From Eledone cirrhosa (lineage: Eukaryota): a stretch of DNA of 64,000 nt. The stretch's first letter is position 1, and every line of letters starts with the position of its first letter. The stretch lies in the NCBI GenBank assembly GCA_964016885.1, contig OZ024740.1, positions 56,358,001 to 56,422,000 on the forward strand, in the 5' to 3' direction. The translations under genes were made by a program, and so were the position numbers. The notes under the pieces were generated by a model that saw nothing but the letters and a program-made list of their open reading frames with translations, searched no databases and was not told where the DNA came from. Below, piece after piece: positions 1-14,021 of the stretch.

Positions 1-139
1 ATAGCTGGCACCTTCAAAATTTGCAAAACATTCTTGCGATTCAAGGTGACAATTTCTTTTCTTTTACAACCTTGCCACCAGGAAGGTGGCCGGTCGAAAA
101 AATATACTCGAAATTAAGAGAAAGAGATAACATATATAC

Positions 140-1580
140 ATACATGATGGCTGCAAACTCTGCTAAGAGTATTGCAATCGCTTATCAGAGTTTGGTTCAC
201 TTTTAGGCTACGGCCAGCCACACGAACCTGTAACATATCCTGAACAAGCAATGCCAGTGCTTTGAAAGTTTTTTAAGTGGGGAAAGGCCTTGCACTCGAC
301 CAATCCCACTCTCTGACCATCGAAAACACTACTCGAAAAGGAGTACTGGTTAGCATCATCGGATGATTCCGAAGCCGCAGGTTTTTTTGTTTTTTTTTCA
401 CTTTCCCTCTCCTAGAAAGGTGTTGTGACAACAATGGGGGGGGGGGGGGTCCTTTCACTCCCAGGGAAAAAAACTACTATTTGGATGGCCATTGACTCTT
501 TTGAGTTCCTCCGCCCATCGGCGGGTGTTGTATTTCATCCCGCAGGATGTCCAAATATCACCCTCCTCACCAAGCTAGCTTGGCGGGGTTGCCGGTTCAG
601 TCGCCGACGCCCGATCATGAGACAGGTTTTACTGGGTTACATGTTACCAGTAGCACTTGAGAGCGACCTGACATAAATACATACATACCTAATGATGGCT
701 GCCCCCTCGTTATCGAGTATGGCCATTGCATAATATAACATTATTAATAATTATTAATTAATGCCTGTGCGTGAAGAATCTTTTTAAAGTGAGGAGGAAA
801 GACTGTGCACTGAGCCAATCCCACTCTCTGAGCGACAGTAGCTATAACCTCGGTAACTACTGAGCCGCAGGTTTTATGTTGGAGTTATCCCAGTTTCCTG
901 AGTTGCCTTCTCCTAGAAGAATGCCCTGACAAAGGCTAGGGGTCCTTCACTCCATGTGGCTTAACCGCACGATCGGATATCCAGCCCAGTTATTTCTATG
1001 TCCCCGCGCATATATATACATTTGCATACACGTATATACATATATGATGTCTGCAACTCGATTTCGAGTAATGCCATCGCTTAATACTTAAGCATGAGCA
1101 TCACGGACGTAGCTTTTTAGTCCTGCTAGAAACTTTCCTATGGTCAGCAATGCCATGCATCGCAAACAGTGTCATATATCAAGCGATGCCTGTGCTTGAA
1201 GCTTTTTTAAGTGTGGAAAGGCTTTGCACAGGGCCAATCCTACTCTCTGAACATTGAATGCTTTTACCCAAAAAGTAGAATTGGTCTACATTGGATGCAA
1301 ATGAACTCGCAGGTTTTATATCTTTTATATCAGAGTGACCTTCTCCCGCGCTACAAAAAAAAAAAAAAATGTCAAGTCACTTTTCAGCGCTACTGGTAAC
1401 ATGTAACCCAGTACAATCTGTGCATGATCGTGTCATCACCGACTAAACCGGCAACCCCACCATGCTTGCTTGGTGAGGAGGGTGATTGTAGACACCCTGT
1501 GGGATGAAAAACAAAACACGTCAAAAGGCGGAGGAACTCAGGAGAGTCAATGGCCATCCAATAAAAAAGTACACACATAC
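140..1580. repeat. cluster of related dispersed repeat fragments with (TACA)n tails; 480-680 has an inverted relative at 1385-1570
   Basis: Shared motifs gatg.ctgc..., caatccca/tactctctga and ccgcaggtttt recur three times. Confidence 0.6.
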
Positions 1581-2623
1581 ATACCTACATACAAACATAC
1601 ATGCATACATAAGTACGTGCGTGCACATGTGTGTATTTACACTTGCGTCTGTCTCTTTTTGTATATATTTTCATTAATTTAGTGATTTGACAAGAAGAGA
1701 TCGATAAAATAAGTACCATTCTTGAGAAAATAAAGACTTGGTCCATATGAAAGACTAAAATCATTTTAAGACAATGATGCGCTGATATGACCAGAGTCTA
1801 CTGACTAAAACCAGTAAAAGAATGGCGCACTTTAGAACAATTAACAATATTTTGGCGCACTCTATTCAAAAATGACTTTTTTTAATACATATTAAAATAG
1901 CATAAATATGAAATATAGATAATTGTTCCAGTTCACCCAGCTGGCAAAAATGCGTTGTATCTGTAATTCTTATTGTGACTCGCTGAATCACTCTGAGAAC
2001 ACTTGCTTATGGAATGCTGAGCCATTAACACATTCATTTCAGGGCTAGACAGTTCTGTTGATTTAATCTAAAGGAGCAATCGTCGGAAACGACGGAGGTT
2101 CAACACACATGTGTTCTATCTCTCTCTCTTTTTACTCCACTTTATTGTTTTCTCTCTTGATCTCATTTCTACACATTTCTTGTGTCTCTACTCCCGAGCT
2201 TAATATTGTCTTTTTTACATACACTAGGATGTCTAAGACGTATCGATCAGCCACTACCTCAATTGACACACATCAACATTAGACCAAACATAAGCCTCAT
2301 CCAATCACAAAAATACGTATGTAAGAAATAACAACCGATCCAATAATTTTTAACGATATATTAGTATTAATCTATAATAAAATCCTGCGTGTCGCGTCGT
2401 GTGTCCATGTGTTAGAGGTTTAACCTTAAATATGGAACGAAATTAAAGATATAATAGTAATATTAACATAATGAAAGGCGTTCGAATGTCACGTTTTTAA
2501 CAACCTTAGCTATAAAATAAAATGGTAGACACATTTAAAATCTTCAATATATTGAAACGATGTTATGAAAATCTATAAAAACAAAAAACTGTTGAATTTC
2601 TACAGGTTCTGCTAGAAACGTAC

Positions 2624-2713
2624 CTGGTTATATCCGAGATATCGTTTAATATATCTAGAAGCGTAAATAAGGTTGCCAGTCTCTGTGATGACCAGTAAAA
2701 ATCCACCGATTAA
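2624..2713 (-). CDS. PAS-A domain exon of the bHLH-PAS factor
   Basis: ttttctttcAG acceptor and GTACGT donor. 90 bp: LIGGFLLVITETGNLIYASRYIKRYLGYNQ, matching the GFLxV...GxxxYxS....LGY.Q start of PAS-A. No later exons were found in the window. Confidence 0.88.
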
Positions 2714-3593
2714 CTGAAAGAAAACAAAAAGGAAAACAAGGCTCATCTAGGCCTAAGCAAAAACAATATGATGAGGAGGTTACCTTTACAGATGAGGTTT
2801 CTCCGAAAAGCTAAATCTTGCATATGTCAAAGCTTAACTTGTTGCTGACAGAATAGATAGTTATTTGTATATAATAAAAATGTATATATTGACAGTTAGC
2901 AGAACATATTACCCTAGCATTGCTCCTGATTATGAAACTGCTTATATTATATACTTCATACAGCATCTTCTCAATTATTTGGAACCAAATTGGCTATCGG
3001 ATAATGACAATATAAATGTACACCAATAAAATTGCTGTAGAATTGTACCACATATACGGTAGGCCTCACGTATGTAATACAGTGTAGGGGAAAAACTTCC
3101 ATTGCCTAAGATGAACAATGAAATTACTAGACAGAAACTCCATCTTGGGGTCTATTTAAAATTTAAACTGAATTAGTAAGGGGAATATCTCTAATTATAT
3201 CCTCTCGACCCATTTTTTTTAGAAAATAAAAGTTGCTGCTGGGTTTAGGTTTCTTCTCTAAATCTAACTGGTGAGGGCAACGCAAGTGTTTCGGTCTAAT
3301 CCTCCACAGTCAAGCATGTTCTAATCAGATCAGATCACGTGACGTATTAATGATCAGTTACATAAAAATAGAGAGAAAATAAATGACGCTTATTATGAAT
3401 GTCAATAATATAGTCAAGAGTACGAGCCCCAGGGCAGTACTTTGCATACTAAATACATATAGGTTAGGGTCTTATATACATAACCTACTCTGGTGTGGTC
3501 AGATAAGTACAACATGAAATCAAAATCAGGTCACAGATGTTTAACGGTTCTCATCAGCCTCACAGACGTGCGTATAGGTATTATTTCAAACAC

Positions 3594-4025
3594 AAGGGCG
3601 GTGAATTGGCAGTATCGGTAGAGGGTTGGACGCCATGCTTTCTAGCATAGTTATGCCCCTTTACAGTCTGAGTTCAAATCCCGCCGAGGTTAACTTTGCC
3701 TTTCATCCTTACGGGGTCGATAAAATAAAGTACCAGTAATGTACTGGGTAATTGCTGGCCTTGTGCCTAAAGTAGAAACAATTATTACAAACACACACAG
3801 GGCGGTGGATTGGCAGTATCGGTAGAGGGTCTAACGCCATGCTTTGCAGCAAAGAGTTACGGCTCTTTATGGTATGAGTTCAAATCCCGCCGAGGTTAAC
3901 TTTGCCTTTCATCCTTACGGGGTCGATAAAATAAAGCACCAATCACGTACTGGGTTCGATTTAATCGACTTTTCCCTCCTCCGAAATGACTGGCCTTGTG
4001 CCTATACTAGAAATCATTATTACAA
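3594..4025 (+). mobile_element. two tandem tRNA-derived SINE copies (octopus-type)
   Basis: GGCGGTG.ATTGGCAG A-box and GAGTTCAAATCCC B-box, followed by shared body ctttgcctttcatccttacggggtcgataaaataaagtaccag. Confidence 0.85.
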
Positions 4026-4404
4026 ACACACAGATACACAATCAGGTGCACACACACACACACACACACACATACACACACACACCACACCACACACACA
4101 CACATACATGAACTATGCACACCCAGATCTTAACTTAAAATTCATATTTACTTTTTCGATATAAAACTAGAAGACAGTCTAGATGTTAGCTTTATTGCAT
4201 ATTCTTATTTTTTTTTATTATTTTTTCTTACCTTATTTTCATACAAATGACGTATTGAGGTAATTTTGTTTGCTGATCTGTTTTATAAACATGCAAATTC
4301 TTAACAAATATTTCTGTATAATATTGTAAATATACTTAGTGACTCTCTCATTCGTTCGGTGTGTAGACTTCAATGCTTGGCGAAATGATTACAATTAGAT
4401 AATA

Positions 4405-4730
4405 AGATAACGGCACTCCGCCGGTTGCGTTGACGAGTGTTCCAATTGATACGATCAACAGGACAACCTGCTCGTGAAATTAACGTGTAAGTGGCTGAGT
4501 ATTCCACAAACAAGTGTACCCATAACGACTTTCTCGCGGAGATTCAGCGTGACACAAAATGTGACAAGGCTGGTCCTTCGAATTGCAGGTTAAAGTCATT
4601 TTTGCCAGCTGAGTGAACTGGAGCAACGTGAAATAAAGTGTCTTTCACAAGGACACAGCGCGCCGCCGGGAATGGAACTCATGCCCTTACGATTTTGAGC
4701 CGAATATCCTAACCACATCACCACGCACCC
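4405..4730 (-). mobile_element. second SINE family copy
   Basis: tRNA-like head on minus near 4670-4730. The body (gattcagcgtgacac...gccagctgagtgaactgg) recurs degenerate at ~1925-2100 and ~55710-55880. Confidence 0.6.
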
Positions 4731-4844
4731 TCATTGATTAAAATTATATTAGTCATTAACTCACAATTATTTTAAATTATATTTTTGATGCTCACTGAAT
4801 TATTTGTCAACATTAACTTAAGTCTTATTTTGTTGTCTCCGTTT

Positions 4845-5390
4845 AAATAATTGTTTCTACTTTAGGCACAAGGCCAGCAATTACTCAGTGCATTACTGGT
4901 ACTTTATTTTATCGACCCCGTAAGGATGAAAGGCAAAGTCAACCTCAGCGTTTAAATAATGGTTTCTTATTTAGGCACTAGGCCAACAATTTTCTAGGGG
5001 GGGGGGGGTCGATTAAATCGGCCCCAGTGTATTACTGGTACTTTATTTTATCGACCCCGATAAAATAAAGTACTAGTAAAAAGCTAACCTCGGTGGGATT
5101 TGAACTGAGAACGCAAAGGGCCGTAACTCTATGCTACAAAACGTTGTCCGACGTTCTACCGATACTGCCAATCTACCATCCTCCTGCCTTTGTATAAATA
5201 ATTGTTTCTACTTTTGGCACAATAACAGCAATTATATCAGTGCATTACTGGTACTTTATTCTATCGACCACGTAAGGAAGGAAAGCAAACTTAACCTCGG
5301 CGGGATTTGAACTCAGGGCGTAAAGAGCCGTGACTCTATGCTCCAAACCATGGCGTTCAATCCTATACCGATATTCCCAATCCAATTGCA
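4845..5390 (-). mobile_element. cluster of three SINE copies of the same family
   Basis: Reverse complement of the 3594 family. Confidence 0.85.
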
Positions 5391-5531
5391 TAAATAATGA
5401 AGACTTGTTTCACAAAGTGTAGATACGTGTTACTTCGTCTATTAAATTTACAACTGAATATAAAATTATCAAAGTTATGTTTTGGGATAGCTATATTGAT
5501 CAGGTTAATGAAAATAGTAAAGCTCAGTTAC

Positions 5532-5605
5532 CTCTTCTACATTGCCTGGCTGTAACAGTTCTGGATTACTTTTCCCCTTAGGTAATAAACCTTTTCTTTT
5601 TAAAC
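5532..5605 (-). CDS. bHLH-PAS linker exon between bHLH and PAS-A
   Basis: ttcttgatAG acceptor and GTAACT donor. 74 bp, phase 1 to phase 0, bridging the flanking exons exactly: GLKRKGLLPKGKSNPELLQPGNVEE. Confidence 0.7.
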
Positions 5606-5874
5606 CTATCAAGAAAAAATTTAATCATAATTATTTTCACTAACTTATACTATTTAATGTAATCTATGTTTATATAAAATTTTATTGGTGCGATTTGAAT
5701 AAAATTGTATTGTTCTACCTAGCAGGTTGAACGACCATGTTCTATTGTTCACCACCATTTGCAGTGAATTTGAGAATATTTATTACAGAAATAACAATTA
5801 TTGGTTGTTTGTTTTACATTATTTAAAAAATCGTCGTTCCAAACATTGAAATATTAAATTGGATGCAATTTCAG

Positions 5875-6000
5875 AGAAGACAGCATTGCATTGGCCATTT
5901 TGAGACTTGTGGAACAAGAAAAAACTATCATAGAAAGATCTGGTGCTGTTGGTTTAGCTGCTTTTATTGAAAATTCCTGTCCTGAACTCCAAGGTAAAAA
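5875..6000 (+). CDS. isolated exon of a PLP-dependent threonine dehydratase/serine racemase family gene (possibly a pseudo-exon)
   Basis: tttcAG acceptor and GTGAG donor, phase 2-2. Translation EDSIALAILRLVEQEKTIIERSGAVGLAAFIENSCPELQGK(K) matches the IAxAILRLVExEKxxxEGxGAxGLAA...GKK motif. Confidence 0.75.
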
Positions 6001-6019
6001 GTGAGATAAATTCATGTAT

Positions 6020-6850
6020 TTCTTCTTCTTCTTCTTCTTCTTCTTCTTCTTCTTCTTCTTCTTCTTCTTCTTCTTCTTCTTCTTCCAGAGAAGACCGTGG
6101 GGACAGAGCCCTCCCCTCAACCATTCGTTGCAGTGTGTCCTGTCAGAAGCAACCATCTTCAACTGATCCGGTTGGATCCCCAAGCGATACCAGCCAAGAC
6201 CATGGATGTTACCCAACAATCTTTCTCGGTGTCTACCCCTGGGTCTCCTACCGGTTGGTTTTCCCGTACAATTTGTCCAGTGATACTTTCCTGAGACATT
6301 CTAGCCACATGCCCATAGTATTGGAACTGTGATCTCTCAATTCGGAGAATAAGTGCCTCTACCCGGAGAAACTTTCTGACATCCGAGCTATGCACACTAT
6401 CGAGTAACGTTACTCCAATGGCTCCTCGAAGGAACCCCAGCTTTTATTCGCGATCGTATTATTTCGGTCATTACCCAAGATATATGACCATAGGTAAGGG
6501 TTGGCAGGGTTACTGAATTAAAGAGTGGGAGTTTGTCTTGTACACCTACCACCCTTCTTTTGATTACGGAATGCTGAGGTTGGCACATTACTGCACCAGC
6601 TCCTGCAATTCTTGATATTAATTCAGCCTCCTGCCTTCCATCACTCGTGAATACGGCTCCGAGATACTTGGATTTCTCCGCCTGCTTCAGTGGAACTCCA
6701 TTCACATGTAGCGTGCATTCGGCAGCAAACCTATAAAGTGCATTTCGGAGATCACCTACTGTCAAATTAAGTAACACCATGTTGACTGAAAATTCCAGTA
6801 GACTGAATATACATCTACCAGTCGTGATCCTTCCAGTCCAGAATACTCCC
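6020..6850 (-). mobile_element. RTE-like LINE 3' fragment with (GAA)n tail
   Basis: KYLGAVFTSDGR..ELISRI, LPTLTYG..SWVM and YYGHVARM motifs; (TTC)n at 6020-6085. Related 3' ends at 9280-9510 and 55355-55600. Confidence 0.85.
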
Positions 6851-9279
6851 ACGATTTATCGAAGCACTACCGCAGTGTAAATATTTGGCCGGCTGTGTTG
6901 CGTCCGAGGTGAAAAGAGCACTGTTCATCAGCTAGCTTGAACTCGGCAATCTTCCTACATATCTTTGCGAAACACTTATTCTTAATATTCTGTGTTTAGG
7001 GTCAGAGAAATTACACTTCTTGTGGTTGGGACGCAGTCTTCCGTGTTGTTGTTTCTATTTGGGTTTGCTTTTTAATGGTTCAAAAATGTGAAGGGTGCTG
7101 TACTCAATGGGATTTAGATGCCATCCTAAATCGGTGAAATCGATACGGTTAATATTCTTCGTAAACAACAGAAAGCCGCCGACTATATGAGCAGGAAGGT
7201 AATTCCAGAATGATGATATTCATTGTAAGAATTAATGGACATAGTGATTAGTGTGGGGGCGTAAAATGTGGAGAAAACGTAGATAACAAGAGTAAGAAGG
7301 CGAATAAGTTGAGTTGACACTGTTGGTGGTGCCATACACCGATTCAATTCCTAAAAGCAGACACCACTCTGAAACCAATAGGAAAGACAGCTTGTGTGTG
7401 GGCCCGAGGTTGGATCGTGTTAGTTACGCTTAGGTTAGTGAACGACTCCATGCCAGTCAGTCAAGTGACCTTTTGTAATGCAATCTAGAATGTTTGTGTT
7501 ATCAAAAGCTGGTATAGATAACGATGAAGAACTAGACGAGGATTGGATGGATACCGACTAGATGGAAAACATACTGTTTAATAGTTACATATGGTAAGCT
7601 ATAGGTAAAAGTCGACTTGTACTTAAGTGGTCATACAGGGTTTCTTTAAAGTAGTTGCTCCAGCAACAAGTGAGTTTTGGAGGAAATGTATTGTACTTGT
7701 GCAGTGTAACAAGTTGGGTATCAGAAATAGCTGTTGGCTCTCATACCTATACCATACGACACTCCCAATCACATGCCTAAACATATACTGCTGTATCCAT
7801 ATATACACAACACACAACATATACATCGACGCTGTTGCTGCTGCTGCTTACACCATTTTTTTACTTTCGTCACTTGACCGATATTTGCATTCCCAAACCT
7901 TCTCCACTCTCTTGATTCACTGATAACAAGACACAGGCATTTGTTTTTTCATTTTCTTTGATTTCTTTTTTGTCTTAATATCACTCTTTTTTCTCGTAAA
8001 AAAAAAAGGCCTAAGCTATTTTCCCATGTTTTTATATTAATATTTTCCATTTTCTACACAGTAAAATATCTTTCATTACTTGTTAAAACTTAGACAATTT
8101 TATTAGACGGCAGCAAAGAGAGAAAACTAAAATATCCTGAGCATTTAATTAGACAAAATGGTTTACTGAGACTATTCTTAGAAAGTAAAATGAACTGAAT
8201 GCGATGAAGAGGAAAACCAAGAATTACGTGGATGGATAATATCAAAAATCGGACAGGTTTAAAATACAGTGAATGTATGAGGACAGTACATAAAGATCAA
8301 GATGGCGATCAATGGTATTTGATCGGCTGAGAGCAGACAATACCTGATGATAATATATTGCTGCTTGTTTGAGGAGTGATGCATAAGAGCATTTCACAAA
8401 GTTAGACATTCTTTTGGCAATGAACCAGAAAGGAGACATAGCTTGCGGGGGAATGTCATGCTTTCTTCGTTTTCCTATAGTAGATAACACTAAGAGAGTG
8501 TAAATAGTTAGTAGTGTTATTTGTATAGCTGTCGTCTGGCTGCGTCATAACTACTTAAGAGGGGAGTTGGCGTTTGGGGGTTTATTGTGACGCGAGGAAG
8601 AAATATATTTAAAAGAAGGCTTCACTTACTCGCTCAGCTGTCTTGGACGGGGAAGTACAATTCTTGCAAAGCATAATTAGTGAAAAATTGGCGGAAAATC
8701 GACTAATTAGTTGAATGGAGCAGAGTTTATTGGGCCGTAGTTATTTTTAACCCTAGGTTAGTCTCGATCGAGCAAATATATGTGTGAATGTAATAAATCC
8801 CGATCATCTGCTTTTTGTTTAATGCTTTTAAGTATAATGTATCCAGGATCAGACCACATTATTCTAAGTGTATATGCCTTCTTTTTTAAGTGTGGGAGAA
8901 ATTAAAAATATCCAGGTCATCATCCAGGGGATGAAGACCTTGAAGAGATGTAAAATGAAATGTTCTCATTGACGGAAGAAAAATAACCGAGTTGTTGGTT
9001 GAAGTTTGGAGAGCGACAGAGAGACTGGATAGAGAAATGAGTAAGTAAAACCTTCAACCAATTTTTTATTGACATTCAGGTAAGTCAGGAGGAGAAAGGA
9101 TTTTATGTAGATGTTAAACACTTTTGGCAAGAAAAAATGTTGGAATATAGCATGTACTTGTACAGCTGTCATAAGTTAATGGCTGGCAGACTGTGAGAAA
9201 TAGGTTTCAGAAAATAATTGTATATGTTACCAGCACATTAGCGGATAGGATCAAATCTTCGCCCACTTATTTATGAGAG

Positions 9280-9510
9280 GGGCCTGGAGGCTGAATTTTC
9301 AAACACTCCTTCCAGTGGATCCTGTCAGAAGTAACCGTCTCCAATTGATCCGGCTGGATCCCCTAGCGAGACCAGCCGATCTCATGGATGCTATCCAAAC
9401 ATCTTGATCGGGATCTACCCTTGGATCTCCGGCTGGTTGGTTTTGCCAGTAAAAACTGTCCAGCGATTCTTTCCTGGGACATTTTTTAACTACGTGCCCG
9501 TAATTGAACA
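9280..9510 (-). mobile_element. 3' fragment of the same RTE-like LINE family
   Basis: Similar to 6090-6320 (cctgtcagaag.aacc.tctccaa.tgatccggctggatcccc). Confidence 0.75.
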
Positions 9511-9826
9511 TTTTTTTAAAGTTGGTGCCACCATATGTCTTTAATTAATTAGTAATATTTAATCGGCAAAAAAATAAAACATTACTTCAATGTTTATTGT
9601 CAATGTTATCTGTTCTTGACAATACACTCAGCAACTCCAGACATGTTTCAGTTTTATTAGATTTCCTCTGCAACGCATAGCACTCTACATATATTTCAGA
9701 TTTGTGATAAGACCAGGTACACTTGATATTAATCACTGAGTAAAGATTTACATACCTTAAATATGATGACGCTAACTCAACTTTTAAATGAGCGTGGGGC
9801 CTCTGGACAATTTCTTTCAGTCTTTT

Positions 9827-9896
<70 letters not shown>

Positions 9897-10043
9897 ATGT
9901 TTAATATAGAAATAGCATTTCTATATTAAACATTGTATATATTCTACTATGTATTTAGTACCTTACTTACTGTGGTTATCCCCGATTGAACCCGACACAC
10001 ACACACACACACACGCACACACACATATATATATATATATATT

Positions 10044-10074
<31 letters not shown>

Positions 10075-10347
10075 ATTTCAATAGGCATAAAGGTGTTTCT
10101 CATATAGCACATTTGTATTACATTGCAAACCCGCTTTTACATTTTACAAGTTTCAGAGGTGAGATACCAACTCGTTAATTCTGAACACAGCGAGAAGCTA
10201 AAGATCTTTAAACAACTTTTAAAATGTTCTACAACTGAAAATTGTCCCATTGTTTTATTGTCGATTAACAATTACTGGAAATCTATGTTATTTCATTAAC
10301 TTAAAAACTATGAAAAAATTTAAACAAACCAAATTTAATATACTTAC

Positions 10348-10505
10348 CAAGAAGAAATTTTAAATAGCTTAAGGAAAGTCGCAAAACACAGGCTTTGTTG
10401 AGACGTTGTGGTGAATTAGCTACGAGTGGCACGCATTTGGAAAGTTCCTCAAAATAACAATTTATTTTATCTCGCCGTAACTTCTCGCTGTAATTACGCC
10501 ATGAT
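10348..10505 (-). CDS. bHLH domain exon of a bHLH-PAS factor (Methoprene-tolerant/CLOCK-like)
   Basis: tttgcAG acceptor and GTAAGT donor. Translation (R)SWRNYSEKLRRDKINCYFEELSKCVPLVANSPQRLNKACVLRLSLSYLKFLL matches the RNxSEKxRRDKxN...EL...VP...RLDKxxVLRL pattern of bHLH-PAS proteins. Phase 2 to phase 1. Confidence 0.9.
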
Positions 10506-11159
10506 CTGCAAATAAGAGTAAAATAATACATTTTCTTTCACGGAAGCATGGTATATAAACAATTGTTTCACTGGGTCAGGACTGGATGGACCAAAATGCT
10601 GTTTATGCCAGCTTCTGATTTCACGGTGCCTCAAACAAATATCCAAAACATTGTACATGAAACTAAGTCATTCACCATACAAATGAGGGCTACAAACTGA
10701 TACACTTAGAGGGCACTCTATTGCTTTAGCTTTCTCTATCATTCTAATTAAAAAGATGAAAAATTATTTAAAGGGCTGGTGGAACTGGGAAAGCCAAGGG
10801 GGCCATGTACCCCCCCCCCCCCCACATTAATAATATTTTTCTCCCCAAAATACCAACACACACACATCTATTTACATAAGCGCTACAATTTATGAACATG
10901 TGATGTAAAGATTGATGGGAGATCCTCCCTGGTTGACCTACATCCAATCCAGGCCCTTCTCAAGTCCAGAATATTATAGGTTGTCCAATCTATAACATTC
11001 TGGACTGAATAACACGAATAATATATAATTATTCCGAGCATCTACAGTTATCTCCCTCACATCGATCGATCGTGGGTTTACTTCCCCTTTAGGAAGTGAG
11101 TGTTTCAGCACATGCGTATTCGTACAGTTGTTTTTCCTTTTCCGTACAACTCATTTAAA

Positions 11160-11200
11160 CCGAGCTGATGATCCGAATAAGGTGAAACAATTGTTCTCGG
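11160..11200 (+). ncRNA. minimal type I hammerhead ribozyme motif
   Basis: CCGAG-CTGATGA-tcc gaataa ggt-GAAA-CAATTG-TT-CTCGG. Stem III is the palindrome ACAATTGT; stem II is weak. Confidence 0.75.
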
Positions 11201-12695
11201 TAATGGTGAACTAATTTATGTGGAACTATTTATATATATATATATATGAAGACAGATATAATATCTGTCTTCAAGAAACCACTGGTAAATGATATAATTA
11301 TCTTATGTTGTTTATTACATAAATATATATAACGAAGGAAGTGTGGTAAGGAACCAGGTGGACCATAACGCATCAGAGTACTCAATACTTAGGGTAGTAG
11401 AGTGGGTAATAAGAAAATGTTCAAGAACCCGACGGCAGAACTCAAGCCGTTTCGACGGCTATTTCTGAACTAAATTAGATTTTAGCGTGGTAATAAATAG
11501 CCGAACTTGTAATAGGAAAATGTTCAAGAACCCGACGGCAGAGCTCAAGCGGTTTCAACGACTATTTCTGGACTAAATTAGATTTTTAGCGTGGTAATAA
11601 ATAGCCGAACTTGAGCTTTGCCGTCGGGTTCTTGAACATTTTCCTATTACAAGTTCGGCTATTTATTAACACGCTAAAAATCTAATTTAGTTCAGAAATA
11701 GCCGTCGAAACGGCTTGAGCTCTGCCGTCGGCGTCAATAACTGGATAAGTTATTGGGAAAACGAAGGAAGGAGGGAAGGAAAGCAAAGGGGAAGAAAAGA
11801 GAAAACAGTAACAAAACAGCGAAAAAACAACAACAAACCGAGCAATATGCGAGCAACTATAAGGTAGGAAATCCAAGACCACTCGATAATAGAACTTAAG
11901 TTCGAGACTGAGTGGTCGAGAGGAACAAGACACACGTCCGATCGCCGCAGTTGTAAGTGAGAAGAGAACTGCTAAACGGTTAGGTGAGGGAGTGAAAGTG
12001 AGAGGGAGAAAGGGAGAGGAAGAAAGTGGGATAAGAGTAGATAGGGAGAAAGGGAGGGGAAGAAAGAGGGGTGGGTGAGAGTAGAAAGTGGCGAAATAGG
12101 TAGGTAGAAGGGGAGAGATGAAAGGTCAGAGCGAAAAACATGATGAAATATATGGAGAATAGATATGGCTGTGTAGTTGCTATTTAAGGTAACTTAAAAT
12201 GCAGTGGGAATACGAATAAGGCAAGAACGGGGGGGGGTTAGGGTTGCAAGGTATTAGCGTCCGTAGGTGGTATGCCGGTTGAGCACTCGATGCTCGCGCA
12301 GAGCAGAGTATAAAATTATAAAGAACGAGGAATCAGTGTTGATTCATAAAACAGTGGTAAAAGTAGTAGCAAATGACAAACAATATGCGGTGGCAGGTGA
12401 CGCATGAACGAATACGGCAGCTTGACAAAGTAATGGACTAACGAGAGTGGATAGAAAGATGATGATGATGGGATTATTGAACCAAGGAAAAGGCCGAAAT
12501 AACAGGATGCTAATATGTACTACAGATGAATAACAGCTGAGATGTTTGAACACACAAAACATATCTGAAGATCCTTCGACTGCAGATTCGGGTGCGATCT
12601 GTAACAGATCTTGCCTCGAGCTGATCGACGTAGAAACTTGTTTAATACGTTAATAAATGTGAGATGATGCAACACTGGTTCCTCGTTCTTTATAA

Positions 12696-12733
<38 letters not shown>

Positions 12734-12799
12734 TGGTTACACAACAGTTAGTTCACCATACCGAGGACAATTAGCGGCTAATCAGCGGATCCTCCATTA

Positions 12800-12837
12800 C
12801 GAGCTGAGGATCCGCTAAGGTGAAACAATTGTTCTCG
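12800..12837 (+). ncRNA. minimal type I hammerhead ribozyme motif (same family as 11160)
   Basis: CGAG-CTGAGGA-tccgctaaggt-GAAA-CAATTG-TT-CTCG. Confidence 0.7.
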
Positions 12838-12932
12838 GTATGGTGAACTAACTGTTGTGTAACCACTTCTACCTAACTCCTCCCATGGACTGAGTGCTCT
12901 ACCACTACGGATATTACCTTCCAGTGTTCTAC

Positions 12933-13002
<70 letters not shown>

Positions 13003-13119
13003 ATATATATATATATTAAAATAACAAATTAAAGTTTAAGCGAAGAATCGCTGCTTTCTACGGTTCTTATATATTTGATATATATTTATACTTATCGAGC
13101 CCTTCAAATTTATTATTAT

Positions 13120-13161
<42 letters not shown>

Positions 13162-13253
13162 GAGATGAATATATTGGGTATAACTCCATTTTTTACCGAA
13201 TGCGAAGAAGCTCGATATATCAACGCCTTAGGAAAGGGTACAGAGCATGTTAA

Positions 13254-13311
<58 letters not shown>

Positions 13312-14021
13312 GAGTTATAAACTCAAATTAGTCTTTTACAATTAAATTTAAAATGTGTCCGGGTATCACGGCTATTGCCAATATAGGTTTGTTTTTATTG
13401 ATTTATTATTTTAAATCGAGACTGGCAAAGCGTATTATTTTAATTAGTATTTTTCAATCTAGCTAACTTGGTCATTTGCAATGCGAACACATGTATACTT
13501 GTATCAGTGTTTATCCCTATCATATATTCATTTGTATTACACGGTTCGGAAATATTCCTTTCTTTGAGCTATTTAATTGTAAAAGACTATTTTGAGTTTA
13601 TAACTATATATATAATATTCTCGGCTCCATACGAAGAGCTAATTTTTAGTCCCATAAAACCGGCTGCTATTTTTAGCGGCACGAGTATGGAACGAGCTAG
13701 GCGCTGTGACACATGTGCGTTCAAAAACACATTTCTCTCAGTCTTCTTAAGTATTTTGAAGTGAAACTTACCAATTTCTGGATACCCGCAGAAGAGCACA
13801 GGAATAGTAACTTTCACTTAATTGTTGCGAAACAAATTAAAAATGTGTCCGGGTATCACGGCTATTGCCAATATAGGTTTGTTTTTATTGATTTATTGTT
13901 TTAAATCGAGACAGGCAAACCGTATTATTTTAATTAGTATTTTTCAATCTAGCTAACTTGTCATTTGCAATGCGAACACACGTATACTTGTATCAGTGTT
14001 TATCCCTATTATATATTCATT

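Noticed and set aside
1925-2070. Candidate next PAS exon after 2624
   Set aside because: The sequence matches the degenerate second SINE family and lacks PAS motifs.
3594-3690. tRNA gene
   Set aside because: The A/B boxes belong to a SINE head followed by the SINE body; no complete cloverleaf.
5967-6332. Poly-Ser/poly-Lys ORFs
   Set aside because: Produced by the (TTC)n tail of a LINE.
8390-8475. Alternative bHLH-PAS linker exon (GKRRKHDIPPQ...)
   Set aside because: Weak donor (GTGAAA). The 5532-5605 exon has better splice sites and fits both phases.
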